Assembly: GCA_963701965.1 (NCBI GenBank)
Contig: OY969695.1
Coordinates: 2,336,001 to 2,400,000 of the forward strand
DNA: 64,000 nucleotides
Origin: an uncultured Gemmatimonadales bacterium
GTDB lineage: Bacteria > Gemmatimonadota > Gemmatimonadetes > Gemmatimonadales > Gemmatimonadaceae
Direction: 5' to 3'
The translations under genes and the position numbers were made by a program. Shown in pieces: positions 42,925-53,369 of this stretch (position 1 is its first letter; the number at the start of each line of letters is the position of its first letter). The notes below the pieces were generated by a model that worked only from the letters and a program-made list of their open reading frames with translations, made no database searches and was not told the DNA's origin.

Positions 42925-43939
42925 CGTCGGCGCGCAAGAGCACGGTGTTGATCGGGGTGGGAATCGCCACCCCTTCGTCGGCCAGACGGGTCAGCGTGCC
43001 CAGCGTGACCGCTTGTTGCGCGGTCATGTACGCGCCGTAATCGGCGGAGAGCACGAAGTAGAGCGTCTCGACCTCGACGCCGGCGTCGCCGAGCGCGCGG
43101 ACGTGGGAACGGGCCAATCGCGTTTGCGGGACCCCGGCAACCACATCACTGATGAGCGCGGGGACGCCGGCGATCATGTGGGGCGGGTTCTGATACGAGA
43201 GCCGCGTGACCATTGTCACCGCCCGCTCGCTCATGCGCTTCCAGTTGCGAATGCGACTTTTGAGGAGATCGCTGTTGGCGAAGATGAGTTGCTCGCCGGT
43301 GACGCTCCGGAGACGCGTGGTCTTGAGCCCGATGTGCTCGACGATCCCCGTGAACGTGTCGACGGTGATAGCGTCGCCGACGATGAAGGGCTTGTCCAAC
43401 ACGATCGATAGGGCGCCGAACAGGTCGCCCAAAATGTTCTGGACGGCGAGAGCGACCGCGACCCCGCTGATCCCGAGCCCCGCGACCAGGGTCGTGATGT
43501 GCACGCCGAGGTTGTCGAGGGCGATCAGGATGAGGATCAGCCACATCACCACGCGCGCGATGACGCCGAGGACGGCGAGCGTCGTCGGGCTCTGGGCGTC
43601 GCCCGAGATCGCGCGGCGCGAGGCGTAGCGGGCGACGCTGAAGGCGATCAGCCCGTTCCCCCACAGGGCCACCTGCAGCACCGACGCCAAGGTCACCAGC
43701 AGGCGGACCGTGTGCTCCCATCCCGTTGTCAGGACGAGATACTGGGAGGCGACGAGGAGCGCGAGCGCGACCAGGAAGAACACGCGGGTCTGCCGCAGCA
43801 CATTGGCGACGACCGGGATCGCGACGCGCCGCTGCAGCACGGCGCGGAGCACCAAGAGCAGCAGGAGGAGGACGGCGAAGATGCCGCCCGCCGTCAGCCA
43901 TGCGCGAACCGTGTTGTTCGTCAGCTCCCATTCGAGCAT
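42854..43939 (-). CDS. Small-conductance mechanosensitive channel (MscS family)
   Basis: LVAGLGISGVAVALAVQNILGDLF, DKPFIVGD and GLKTTRLRS. Confidence 0.92.
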   Translation of the reverse strand: MLEWELTNNTVRAWLTAGGIFAVLLLLLLVLRAVLQRRVAIPVVANVLRQTRVFFLVALALLVASQYLVLTTGWEHTVRLLVTLASVLQVALWGNGLIAFSVARYASRRAISGDAQSPTTLAVLGVIARVVMWLILILIALDNLGVHITTLVAGLGISGVAVALAVQNILGDLFGALSIVLDKPFIVGDAITVDTFTGIVEHIGLKTTRLRSVTGEQLIFANSDLLKSRIRNWKRMSERAVTMVTRLSYQNPPHMIAGVPALISDVVAGVPQTRLARSHVRALGDAGVEVETLYFVLSADYGAYMTAQQAVTLGTLTRLADEGVAIPTPINTVLLRADVTTAVSPGPPPSPPPRTTPSPRA

Positions 43940-43960
43940 GGGAGTAAACTATAGTCGGTC

Positions 43961-45404
43961 CTACGCCGCGGAGGTCCGCTCGTCCCAGGCGACGCCGGCA
44001 TCGCACGCGTCGCAGTTGCCGCACCGCCAGTCCGGCGCGACGGGCTCGCCGAAGTACTCCAGGATCACCCGGGTGCGGCACTGGGCGGTCTGACAAAACC
44101 GGATGATGGCCCGCAGCTTGTCCTGATCTTTCGCCCGACGCTCCTCGTAGTCGATGAGATCCTGACTCAGGTCGACCTGGGTGAGTCGCCCGGCGAGCCG
44201 CTCCCAACTGCCGCCCCGATGCTCGCGTACGAGGCCGTGCCGCTTGAGGAGCGTGAACACGATCCGCGCTTTGCGGCGGGGCACGCCGGCCTGATTGGCG
44301 AGCTGGTCGAGCGACACCGGCGTGCGCTCGGGGTAGTGTTCCAGCACGATGGCGGCTTTGGCCGCTTCCTCGATCTCGGGGTACTTCCCGCCGAGGAAAT
44401 ACGACTGGATGCGGCGGTCCTCGACCCGATAGAGCACCGTGCAGGTGGCGGGTTCGCCGTCCCGGCCGGCGCGCCCGGCTTCCTGATAGTAGGACTCGAT
44501 GGACCCGGGAAAGTGATAGTGAATGATGGAGCGCAGATCCTGCTTGTCGATCCCGAGGCCGAAGGCGTTCGTCGCGATCATCGCGTGTAACGCGCCGGAC
44601 ATGAACTTGTTCTGCGCGCTCGTTCGCTCGGCCGCCGGCAATCTTGCCATGGTACAGCCCGACGGCGTACCGGTCCTTGAGCACCGTGTGAAGCCGTTCG
44701 GCTTCCTTGACGGTCGCGGCGTAGATGATCCCGGGCCCGGTGTCGTGATTCAGGATGTCGAGGAGCGCCTCATCCTTGGCACCGTCGTTTACCGTCCGGC
44801 GGACCTCGAACCGGAGGTTCGGTCGCGCAAAGCCGGTCACCGTGACAACCGGGTCGCGCAAGCCGAGTTGCCGCCCGATGTCGCGGCGGACCTCGTCCGT
44901 GGCCGTCGCCGTGAGCGCGAGTATCGGCGGCCGGCCCAGTCGCTCGGCCACCGAACCGAGCATCAAATAGTCGGGACGGAAGTCGTGGCCCCATTGGCTC
45001 ACGCAGTGGGCCTCGTCGACCACGAACAGGCTCACGCGGCGCGAGAGGAGCCGCTCGAAGAAATCGCGGTCCTTGAAGCGCTCCGGCGTCATGTAGAGGA
45101 TCTGCCCCTCGCCGTCGGAGACCTGCCGGTGCGCTTCGCGCGTTTGCGGCCCTGTGAGGTGCGAATGCATCGCCACCGAATCGACACCCTGTGCAATCAG
45201 CTTGTCGTGCTGGTCCTTCATCAAGGCGATCAGCGGCGTGATCACCACGGTGAGTCCAGGCAGGACGAGGGCGGGCAGTTGGAAGACCAGTGACTTCCCG
45301 CTGCCCGTGGGCATCACGACGATCGAGTCCCGTCCAGCGAGAACGGCTTCGATCGACGGCCACTGGCCGAGCTGGAAGTCCGCGTGCCCGAACTGCTCGG
45401 ACAA
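43961..45404 (-). pseudogene. recQ: RecQ family ATP-dependent DNA helicase, split by a +1 frameshift at about 44641 (probably a sequencing error)
   Basis: MPTGSGKSL, VDEAHCVSQWGHDFRPDY and YHGK are in one frame. ATNAFGLGIDK, YYQEAGRAGRDG and CGNCDAC are in the next. Start uncertain (about 45404-45445). Confidence 0.88.
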
Positions 45405-45495
45405 GAGCGTTCGGGCCCGCGCGAGCAGAGAGGGGAGCGTCCCATGCCAATGGGAGTCGCAGATTCCGTTCCATTGGCAACAGTTAACTTGCTGA

Positions 45496-46605
45496 GTGAC
45501 TTACTGGTGCTTTGCTGTCGCCGCGCCTGGGCTCGAAGGCCTGGTCGCGCAGGAGTTGGAATCGCTCGGCATCCGTCCAGTCGAGTCAGGTGCGGGCGGC
45601 GTCGCCTTCCAGGCGGATGCCCGGGCGTTGTACTCGGCGAACCTGCAGTTGCGCGTCGCCAGTCGCGTCGTGATCCGGCTGGCGCGGTTTCACGCCGAGG
45701 CGTTTCACGATCTGGAACGACACGCGAAGCGCGTGCCGTTCGAGCGATTTCTCGCGCGCGGCGCGCAAGTCCACGTGACGGCGACGTGTCGGAAGTCGCG
45801 GCTGTACCACTCGGACGCCGTCGCCGAGCGCGTGGCGCGCGCCATCGAGCGGTATACCGGCACGCCGGATGCCGGGACGTCAAACGAATCCGCCGTCCTG
45901 GTGTTGGCGCGCATCTTCCGCGATGAGTGCACGATCAGCCTCGATACCTCGGGCGCGCTGTTACATCGCCGCGGGTACCGGCTGGCCACCGCCAAGGCGC
46001 CCATGCGCGAGACGCTCGCTGCCGGCATACTGGCGGTGAGCGGTTGGGACGAGCGCTCCGCCCTCGTCGATCCGTTCTGCGGATCGGGCACGATCCCCAT
46101 CGAAGCCGCGCTCCGGGCGCGCCATCGCGCGCCGGGTGTGTCACGATCATTTGGATTCATGCAATGGCCGGAGTTCGAGGCCCGGACCTGGGACGAAGTC
46201 CTGGCCGCGGCCCGCGCCGCCGAGGGCCCGGCCCAGGGATTGATCATCGCCGCGGACCGGGACGCCGGCGCGGCGGCGGCGACGCTCGCCAACGCCGAGC
46301 GGGCGGGCGTCGCCGCCGACATCGAGATCCGCACACAGCCGCTGTCGGCCCTCGCGCGTCCGGCGCCGGCCGGCTGGGTGGTGACGAACCCGCCGTACGG
46401 CGTGCGCGTCGGGGACCGCACGCAGCTCCGCGATCTCTACGCGCGCCTGGGCGACGTCGCGCGGACGGTGCTCCCCGGCTGGTCGGTCGCGCTGCTCGGC
46501 GATCGTGCGCTGATGCGCGAGACGCGCCTTCCGTTGTCGCCCGAGATCCAGACGTCGAACGGCGGCATCCCGGTGGCGATGTTCACCGGCTGCGTGCCGG
46601 ACTAG
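45496..46605 (+). CDS. THUMP-domain class I SAM-dependent RNA methyltransferase (RlmL-N-like)
   Basis: LHRRGYR, APMRETLAAG, DPFCGSGTIPIEAA and NPPYG. Confidence 0.9.
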   Translation: MTYWCFAVAAPGLEGLVAQELESLGIRPVESGAGGVAFQADARALYSANLQLRVASRVVIRLARFHAEAFHDLERHAKRVPFERFLARGAQVHVTATCRKSRLYHSDAVAERVARAIERYTGTPDAGTSNESAVLVLARIFRDECTISLDTSGALLHRRGYRLATAKAPMRETLAAGILAVSGWDERSALVDPFCGSGTIPIEAALRARHRAPGVSRSFGFMQWPEFEARTWDEVLAAARAAEGPAQGLIIAADRDAGAAAATLANAERAGVAADIEIRTQPLSALARPAPAGWVVTNPPYGVRVGDRTQLRDLYARLGDVARTVLPGWSVALLGDRALMRETRLPLSPEIQTSNGGIPVAMFTGCVPD

Positions 46606-47494
46606 CGAGCGCTGAACGCAGGGCGTCCGCGAGCTGCGGATGACGAAACACGTATCCCGCGCGCTCCAGCGCGCGGGGATAGACGCGTTGGCTCGCCATC
46701 AAGACCTGCTCGCCCATCTCGCCGTACGCCAGCTTCAACGCGAACGCGGGCACGGTCGCCAGCGCCGGCCAATGCAGCGCATGTCCCAACTCGTGCGTGA
46801 ACTCGGCGTTGGTCACCGGATTGGGCGCGACGACGTTCACCGCTCCTGACACATGATCGGTGGTCAGGGCGAACTCGATCGCCGCCACGACGTCGTCGAG
46901 GGAGACCCAACTCATCCACTGGGTTCCCGGCCCCAACTTCCCGCCGGCGCCGAGCTTGAACGGCGGCAGCATCTTTTCCAACGCGCCGCCGGCCGCCGAC
47001 AGCACGATGCCGAGTCGCGCGATGACGGTGCGCACGCCGCGCTCGCCCGCCGGAGCGGTGGCCGCCTCCCAGGCGCGTCCGACATCGGCCAGAAAGCCTT
47101 CGCCGAGCGCCGCGGCTTCGTCGAGTGACTCATCGGCGCGATCACCGTAAATGCCGATGGCCGACGCGCTGACCAGGACCCGGGGCGGACGCGCCGCCGC
47201 GATGATCGCCCGCACGAGGGTCGTGGTCGCGTCGATCCGACTGAGGCGAATGCGCCGCTTGCGATCTGTGGTCCATCGCTCGGCCACGGGTTCGCCCGCC
47301 AGGTTCACGACCGCCTGAACGCCATCGAGCGCGGACGCGTCGAGCACGCCGCGCGCCGGATCCCAGAGCACGTCGCCGCGGCTGGCATCGGGGTTCCGGC
47401 GCACGAGACGCACGACGCGATGGCCAGCGGCCGTGAGGCGGGCGTCGAGCGCCGACCCAATGAGGCCGGTCGCCCCGGTGATCGCGACCTTCAT
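46583..47494 (-). CDS. TIGR01777 family NAD-dependent epimerase-like protein
   Basis: ITGATGLIG, VNLAGE, SASAIGIYG and GTQWMSWVSLDD. Confidence 0.9.
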   Translation of the reverse strand: MKVAITGATGLIGSALDARLTAAGHRVVRLVRRNPDASRGDVLWDPARGVLDASALDGVQAVVNLAGEPVAERWTTDRKRRIRLSRIDATTTLVRAIIAAARPPRVLVSASAIGIYGDRADESLDEAAALGEGFLADVGRAWEAATAPAGERGVRTVIARLGIVLSAAGGALEKMLPPFKLGAGGKLGPGTQWMSWVSLDDVVAAIEFALTTDHVSGAVNVVAPNPVTNAEFTHELGHALHWPALATVPAFALKLAYGEMGEQVLMASQRVYPRALERAGYVFRHPQLADALRSALASPARSR

Positions 47495-47505
47495 CCTCTA
47501 GAGCG

Positions 47506-47895
47506 TCAGGTGTCGCGCCGTCGACTCAGCACCGCGTCCAGCGCGTAGGCTCCGCCTCCGGCGGCGGCGAGAAACAGAAAGATGAAGCAGAGCAGCGTCG
47601 GGGTCTCCCCGTGATTCATGACGGGCCAGAATCCGCGCGGGAAGTGAAACATGAAGTACGCCACCGCCATCTCTCCCGAGGAGATGAACGCAGCCAGCCG
47701 CGTGAAAAGCCCCAGCAGGATCAGCGCGCCGCCGACCAGCTCAATGGTGCCGCCCGCGATCTGTAGGGGCCCAAGGTGATCGCTGGGCCCGCCGAATACC
47801 GGGAAGAACTTCTGCGCGCCGTGTTGCATGTACACGATCGCGGAGACCACACGCAGCAGCGCCAGCGTCGTGGTCGTGCTCGTGGATGAATTCAT
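47506..47895 (-). CDS. DoxX family membrane protein
   Basis: [25 protein letters not shown] and NHGE. Confidence 0.9.
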   Translation of the reverse strand: MNSSTSTTTTLALLRVVSAIVYMQHGAQKFFPVFGGPSDHLGPLQIAGGTIELVGGALILLGLFTRLAAFISSGEMAVAYFMFHFPRGFWPVMNHGETPTLLCFIFLFLAAAGGGAYALDAVLSRRRDT

Positions 47896-47918
47896 ACGTC
47901 TATAATAGGCTACACGGG

Positions 47919-49001
47919 ATGAAAGCGACAATCGCGGTACTGGCCGGCGATGGCATCGGCCCGGAGGTCATCGCCGAAGGCGTGCGCGTCTTGCACGCGA
48001 CCGGGGCGCGCTTTGGCCATACGTTCGAGATGCGGCCGGCGCTGATCGGCGGCGCGGCGCTCGACACCACTGGAAAGGCGCTCCCCGCCGAGACGGTCGC
48101 CATCGCCCTCGCATCGGACGCGGTCCTGCTCGGCGCCGTCGGTGGGCCCAAGTGGGACAATCCCGAGGCGGCGGAGGGGCCGGAGCTGGGGCTCATGGGT
48201 ATCCGAAAGGCGCTCGATCTCTACGCGAACGTGCGGCCCATCGCCGTCCACCCGGCGCTGGTCGGGACGTCGCCTATTCGGCCGGAGGTACTGCGGGGCG
48301 TCGACATCGTCGTCGTGCGCGAGCTCACCGGGGGGCTGTACTTCGGCGCCCGCGGAAGGGAAACGCTGGGCGACGGCGGCGAACGGGCATTCGACACGTG
48401 CGTCTACACGACCGGCGAGATCGAGCGCGTCACCCGCGTGGCGGCGCTTATGGCGCGGGACCGGCGGCGGCGGTTGACGTCGGTCGATAAAGCCAACGTG
48501 TTGACCACCTCGCGCCTGTGGCGCCGGGTCGTGACGCGCCTGATGCGCGACGAATTTCCGGACGTCGCACTCGAGCACATGCTGGTCAATGCCTGCGCCA
48601 TGCATCTGATCCGCCGCCCGGCGGAATTCAATGTGATCGTCACCGAGAACACGTTTGGCGACATTCTCACCGACGAGGCCGCGGTGCTGGTCGGCTCCGT
48701 GGGCATGCTCCCCTCGGCATCCCTCGGCGCCACGCCCCGCGGCCTGTACGAGCCGATCCACGGCACGGCGCCGGACATCGCCGGCAAAGGCATCGCCAAC
48801 CCCATCGCCACGATCCTCTCTGTCGCCATGCTCCTCCGTCACTCCCTCGGACTCGACGCCGAAGCGCGCGCCATCGAGCGCGCGGTGTCGGCGACGATCG
48901 ACGCCGGCTGCGTGACCGCCGACGTCGCGCCGGCCGGCGCGCGCACGGCGACGACGCGCGATGTGGGCGCCGCTGTGATCTCCGCCCTGACGCTCGCCTG
49001 A
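47919..49001 (+). CDS. leuB: 3-isopropylmalate dehydrogenase
   Basis: [43 protein letters not shown] and [12 protein letters not shown]. Confidence 0.85.
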   Translation: MKATIAVLAGDGIGPEVIAEGVRVLHATGARFGHTFEMRPALIGGAALDTTGKALPAETVAIALASDAVLLGAVGGPKWDNPEAAEGPELGLMGIRKALDLYANVRPIAVHPALVGTSPIRPEVLRGVDIVVVRELTGGLYFGARGRETLGDGGERAFDTCVYTTGEIERVTRVAALMARDRRRRLTSVDKANVLTTSRLWRRVVTRLMRDEFPDVALEHMLVNACAMHLIRRPAEFNVIVTENTFGDILTDEAAVLVGSVGMLPSASLGATPRGLYEPIHGTAPDIAGKGIANPIATILSVAMLLRHSLGLDAEARAIERAVSATIDAGCVTADVAPAGARTATTRDVGAAVISALTLA

Positions 49002-49074
49002 CGCACGGTCGGAGTTTCCACGTTGCGCCGGCGAATCGCGTGGCGTTAGGCTCGTTGCGGTCAACGCGGAGGCG

Positions 49075-49668
49075 GTGGTGGACACCCAGGAAAGAGTTCA
49101 GGCGGGGGATCGTCTCGACGGGGCGGTGCAGCTCATGACGGCAGAGCAGTTTGCGGAGCTCTCGATCGACCAGTACTCGGAGCACTATCGGTTCGAGCTG
49201 GCCGATGGGTGCCTCCAGGTGCACGAGCCTGCGCAGCCTTATCACGGCTCGTCGATGACGCAGATCACGCTGCTGCTCGGCAGTTTCATCCGAGATCGTC
49301 GTCTCGGAAAGCTGTACACCGGCGACACGAACTACTTCATCAAGAGAAACCCCGACACGGTCCGCGGGCCCGATCTGGCCTTTGTCGGCGCCGATCGTCT
49401 CGGCACCGTGGACCGACGGTGGCTGACGCGGGCCGATCTCGTAGTCGAAGTCCTCTCGGCTAGCAACACGCCGGGTCTCATGGCGGCAAAACTCGCGAAC
49501 TACCTGCTGGTCGGCACGCGACTCATTTGGTATGTCGACGCAGAAAAGCGCCGCGTGTCCGTGCACCGGCTGGACGGGTCGACGACGATCCTGGGCGCGG
49601 ATGACGTGCTCTCGGGCGAAGACGTGCTCCCGGGATTCGAATGCCGCGTGAGGGAGTTTTTCGACTAG
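49075..49668 (+). CDS. Uma2/DUF820 family endonuclease-like protein
   Basis: ELADG, VRGPDLAFV, DLVVEVLS, YLLVGTRLIW and DVLPGF. Confidence 0.88.
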   Translation: MVDTQERVQAGDRLDGAVQLMTAEQFAELSIDQYSEHYRFELADGCLQVHEPAQPYHGSSMTQITLLLGSFIRDRRLGKLYTGDTNYFIKRNPDTVRGPDLAFVGADRLGTVDRRWLTRADLVVEVLSASNTPGLMAAKLANYLLVGTRLIWYVDAEKRRVSVHRLDGSTTILGADDVLSGEDVLPGFECRVREFFD

Positions 49669-49677
49669 CTTTCCGAT

Positions 49678-50394
49678 GTGATCGACGTCTCGGGCCTGAC
49701 ACGGCTGTACGGCGACCTGGTAGCAGTCGATAGGTTGTCGTTCCGCGTCGGGCCTGGTGAGATCATGGGACTCGTAGGGCCCAACGGGGCCGGAAAGACG
49801 ACGACGCTCCGGAGCCTCGCCGGTATCATCGCCCCCACCAGCGGCACCATCACGATCGCCGGCGTCGACCTCGCCCGCGACCCCCTCGCGGCGAAGCGCG
49901 CGCTCGCGTTCATCCCTGACGAGCCCGAGCTCTTCGAGTACTTGACCGTCGAAGAGCATCTGCGCTTCGTGGCCCGCGTCTACGGCGTCACTGGCGTCGA
50001 TGCCCGGATCGCGCCCCTGCTTGCCGAGCTGGAGCTGACCGACAAGCGCGGAACTCTGCCGGGCGAGCTGTCGCGCGGGATGCGCCAGAAACTCGCCATC
50101 GCTTGCGGACTGATCCACGATCCCTCGGTCCTGATCCTCGACGAGCCCCTGACCGGGCTCGATCCCGCAGGGATCCGCCGGATGAAAGAGACCATCGTCG
50201 CCCGCGCCGCCGCGGGCGCCGCTGTCGTCTTGAGCTCCCACCTGCTGCATCTGGTCGAGGAGCTGTGCACGCAGATCCTCGTGCTGCGCCGCGGCCACGC
50301 CGTCGCCTACGGGACGGTCGCCTCCATCATCGCCGAACGCCCCGACTTGGCCGGCCTCGGGCTCGAGGACCTCTTCCTCGCGCTCACGGAATGA
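49678..50394 (+). CDS. ABC-2 type exporter ATP-binding protein
   Basis: GPNGAGKTT, LSRGMRQK and LDEPLTGLDP. Confidence 0.92.
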   Translation: MIDVSGLTRLYGDLVAVDRLSFRVGPGEIMGLVGPNGAGKTTTLRSLAGIIAPTSGTITIAGVDLARDPLAAKRALAFIPDEPELFEYLTVEEHLRFVARVYGVTGVDARIAPLLAELELTDKRGTLPGELSRGMRQKLAIACGLIHDPSVLILDEPLTGLDPAGIRRMKETIVARAAAGAAVVLSSHLLHLVEELCTQILVLRRGHAVAYGTVASIIAERPDLAGLGLEDLFLALTE

Positions 50395-52136
50395 CCGCCC
50401 CGGGATCGTCGCAGGGGTCCGCGTCCCTCATGTATTTGCTCGGTACGACCTTCCGGAACCGGGCACGCGCACAGCTGGCGCGCCTCCGGCAACCCCGGTA
50501 CGCCATCGCGCTGCTCATCGGGCTCGCCTACATCGGTCTCATTTTCTATCGCCCGGAGCAGAACGCGGCGACGCCACCGGCGCCGCCCATGCTGCAGCCC
50601 TCCCTCGCATTGGGCAGCGCCTTCCTACTGGCGGTGCTGACTGCCAAGTGGTGGATATTCGGCGCATCGACCGGCACGTTGGCGTTCACGCCCGCCGAGA
50701 TCCAGTTCTTGTTTCCCGCGCCGATCCCCCGGCGCGATCTCGTGCTCTATCGCGTCATCCGCGTCCAGTTCTCGATGCTGGTGAGCGCCCTCTTCATCGC
50801 GCTCTTGATCTGGCGGGGCGGATCGCCGTTGCCGGTGCCTCTCCGCGTGTTGGGCCTCTGGGTCCTCTTCGCGACGACCTTCATGCATCAGATGGGTGTG
50901 ACCTTGGTGCGCACCGCCGCCGCGCAGCGCGGACGCGGGCTTCGCCGCAGCGCCCCGGCGCTCGCGCTCGTCGGCATCTGTGTCATCCTGCTGGGCGTGT
51001 CCATCGCTCCGGCGTTCCGGCCGATCCATTCCATGCAGGACGCGGTCGACTTTTCCAATAACATCACCAACGCGCTCCGCGCGCCGCTGCCGTCGGCGAT
51101 CCTGCTGCCGTTTCACTGGCTCGTCGGCCCCGCGTATGCCCGCTCGACCGATGCCTGGGTCAGGGCGATCGGCCCGGCCGTCGTGCTCCTCATCCTCCAT
51201 TACGTCTGGGTGCTGCGCGCCGACGCGACGTTCCAGGACGCCGCGCTCGACGCCTCGGCGCGCCGCGCGGTGCGATTGGCCGCGCGCGCCGTGCCCGCGG
51301 TCCGCGCGCCGCGACGCGCCGAGCGTCCACTGGTCCCGCTGGCCTCGAGCGGGCCCGCGTGGTCGGCCATCGTGTGGAAGAACATGGTGTCGTTCACCCG
51401 GAGCCTCCGGGTGACGACGGCACTGCGGTTCACCATCGTGCTGCTCGTCGCGTTGGCCACCGCCAACCTGGCGGGGCTCGTGCCGTCGCGCGGCAATGGC
51501 CTCGATACCCCGGCCGTGCTCATCGGTGGCGGCGCCATGGTCGGCGTCGCCTATCTGGCGCTCGTTGGCCCCCTCCTCGTGCGCAACGATCTCCGCGGCG
51601 ATCTCGCGCATCTCGGCGTCCTGCGCACCTATCCCCTGCGCGGCCGCACGATCGTGTTCGCCGAGATCCTGTCGTCGGCCGCGACGCTCACCGTCATGCA
51701 GATCGGGCTCGCCCTGCTCGCGTTCGCGCTCTTCACGCCGATCGCGATCGGCCCCCGCGCGTCGATCCTGGCCGGCGCCCTCGTCGTTCTCCCGGCCGTG
51801 AACCTCACCAGCCTGACGATCCAGAACGCGGTCGCCATTCTCATTCCCGGTTGGACCCGCCTCGGCGCGGCGGTGCCCGAGGCTGGACAGGTGGGATTCG
51901 AAGCGGTGGGCCAGCGCGCGCTGGCCGGCATTGGCTCACTGCTCGCGCTCGCCATCTCCCTCGCTCCACCCACCGGCGCGGCCGTCGGCCTGGCGCTGCT
52001 CCTCGGCGGGTCCATTCCGGCCGTGACTGCGGGAGTCATCGCCGGCCTCGCCGTCGCCGCGGTCGAGATCTGGCTTGCCGTACTATTTATCGGGCGTCTT
52101 TTCGATCGTACCGATGCCGTCAGCGTCCGTGCGTGA
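50391..52136 (+). CDS. Putative ABC exporter membrane protein
   Basis: ATGA overlap with the ATPase gene, many TM segments, and LAFTPAEIQFLFPAP. Confidence 0.8.
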   Translation: MTAPGSSQGSASLMYLLGTTFRNRARAQLARLRQPRYAIALLIGLAYIGLIFYRPEQNAATPPAPPMLQPSLALGSAFLLAVLTAKWWIFGASTGTLAFTPAEIQFLFPAPIPRRDLVLYRVIRVQFSMLVSALFIALLIWRGGSPLPVPLRVLGLWVLFATTFMHQMGVTLVRTAAAQRGRGLRRSAPALALVGICVILLGVSIAPAFRPIHSMQDAVDFSNNITNALRAPLPSAILLPFHWLVGPAYARSTDAWVRAIGPAVVLLILHYVWVLRADATFQDAALDASARRAVRLAARAVPAVRAPRRAERPLVPLASSGPAWSAIVWKNMVSFTRSLRVTTALRFTIVLLVALATANLAGLVPSRGNGLDTPAVLIGGGAMVGVAYLALVGPLLVRNDLRGDLAHLGVLRTYPLRGRTIVFAEILSSAATLTVMQIGLALLAFALFTPIAIGPRASILAGALVVLPAVNLTSLTIQNAVAILIPGWTRLGAAVPEAGQVGFEAVGQRALAGIGSLLALAISLAPPTGAAVGLALLLGGSIPAVTAGVIAGLAVAAVEIWLAVLFIGRLFDRTDAVSVRA

Positions 52137-52448
52137 GTCCCCGAGCTGGTTCGCGCGCCGCACCGCGATCGTGCTCGACACGAGCGCGCCGATGCCCAGC
52201 GTGCCGGCGCAGATCAAGGAATACGCGGGCTCGCTCACCCGGGCCAACGCCAGCGCGACGAACACCAGTACCAGCGAGAGCACGGCCATGTCGCGCCCCG
52301 CTCGCGCGTTGGCCTCGTACCACACCCACTCGTCAGCGAACGTCGCGCGCGTGCGTATCCCGTAGAACCGATTCGGTTTGACGCGCCGCAACGCGAGCGG
52401 CGCCGACAGGATGAACAGCACGATCCCCGCCGTCAGGAAGAGTCTCAT
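52083..52448 (-). CDS. SdpI/YhfL family membrane protein
   Basis: VKPNRFYGIRTRATFADEWVWYEANARAG with three TM segments. Confidence 0.85.
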   Translation of the reverse strand: MRLFLTAGIVLFILSAPLALRRVKPNRFYGIRTRATFADEWVWYEANARAGRDMAVLSLVLVFVALALARVSEPAYSLICAGTLGIGALVSSTIAVRRANQLGDSRTDADGIGTIEKTPDK

Positions 52449-52475
52449 GGCCCGGAATATGAAGCCGGGAGTGTC

Positions 52476-53330
52476 ATGACTGCTACCAAAACCTGGTTCA
52501 TCACCGGCACATCGTCCGGCTTTGGTCACGCTTTCGCGACCTATGCCCTGTCCAAAGGGTACCACGTCGTCGCGACCGCGCGCGACGTGTCGAAACTGCA
52601 GCCGCTGGTCGCGCAGGCGCCCGACCGCGTGCTGCCGCTGGCACTCGACGTCGACCGGCCCGGCGATCCGCCGGCGGCGATCAGCGCCGCGATACAACGC
52701 TTCGGCCGGATCGATGCGCTGATCAACAACGCCGGCTTCGGCATCGTCGGCGCCGCCGAGGAGACGCCCGACCACGAGCTGCGCGCCCTCATGGAGACGA
52801 ATTTCTTCGGCGCCGTCGCGGTGATCCGGGCCGCCTTGCCGGTGCTGCGCGCGCAAGGCGCAGGCGCCATCGTGAACATCTCGAGCCAGGGCGGGCAACT
52901 GTCGTTCGGTGGGTTCAGCGCCTACTCCGCGTCCAAGTTCGCCCTGGAAGGCTTCTCCGAAGCGCTGGCCTACGAGGTCGCCCCCTTTGGCATCAAGGTG
53001 CTGATCGTGGAGCCCGGGAATTTCCGGACGAATCTCCTGGGATCCGGCACCCGGCGCATGCCGGAGCTCGCGGCCTATCGCGACGTCGTGGGGCGCACGC
53101 GCGATTTCGTGCGGGAGTCGAACGGCACGCAGGTGGGCGACCCGCTGCGCGCCGCCGCGGCGATCGACCTCGCCCTCGCCGCGGAGCGGACGCCGCTCCG
53201 GCTTCAGCTCGGTGAGGACGCGGTCGCCGCGGTGCGGGCGCACGCCGAGGGTCTGCTCGCCGACCTCCGCGCCTGGGAGCGCGTGGCCAGCGACACTCGA
53301 TTCGAGGCAGCGAGCGGTTCGCGCGCGTGA
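52476..53330 (+). CDS. SDR family oxidoreductase
   Basis: TGTSSGFG, NNAGFG, YSASK and VEPGNFRT. Confidence 0.93.
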   Translation: MTATKTWFITGTSSGFGHAFATYALSKGYHVVATARDVSKLQPLVAQAPDRVLPLALDVDRPGDPPAAISAAIQRFGRIDALINNAGFGIVGAAEETPDHELRALMETNFFGAVAVIRAALPVLRAQGAGAIVNISSQGGQLSFGGFSAYSASKFALEGFSEALAYEVAPFGIKVLIVEPGNFRTNLLGSGTRRMPELAAYRDVVGRTRDFVRESNGTQVGDPLRAAAAIDLALAAERTPLRLQLGEDAVAAVRAHAEGLLADLRAWERVASDTRFEAASGSRA

Positions 53331-53369
53331 ATGGATGCGTGTGCACGCGAATTGCCGGTCAAGCGCCCC

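Noticed and set aside
43146..45404. 752-aa RecQ fusion from the ORF track
   Set aside because: The sequence after YHGK is out-of-frame read-through. The true C-terminus is in the 43961-44650 frame.
45474..45493. Sigma-54 promoter (TGGCAA...TTGC)
   Set aside because: The spacing between the GG and GC elements is 3 nt too long for -24/-12.
49075..49668. Uma2 gene as a defence or mobile island
   Set aside because: It is a single gene with no methylase, integrase or flanking repeats visible.
49678..52448. ABC exporter + SdpI as a bacteriocin cluster
   Set aside because: No precursor peptide or maturation enzyme was found adjacent, and the genes are convergent.
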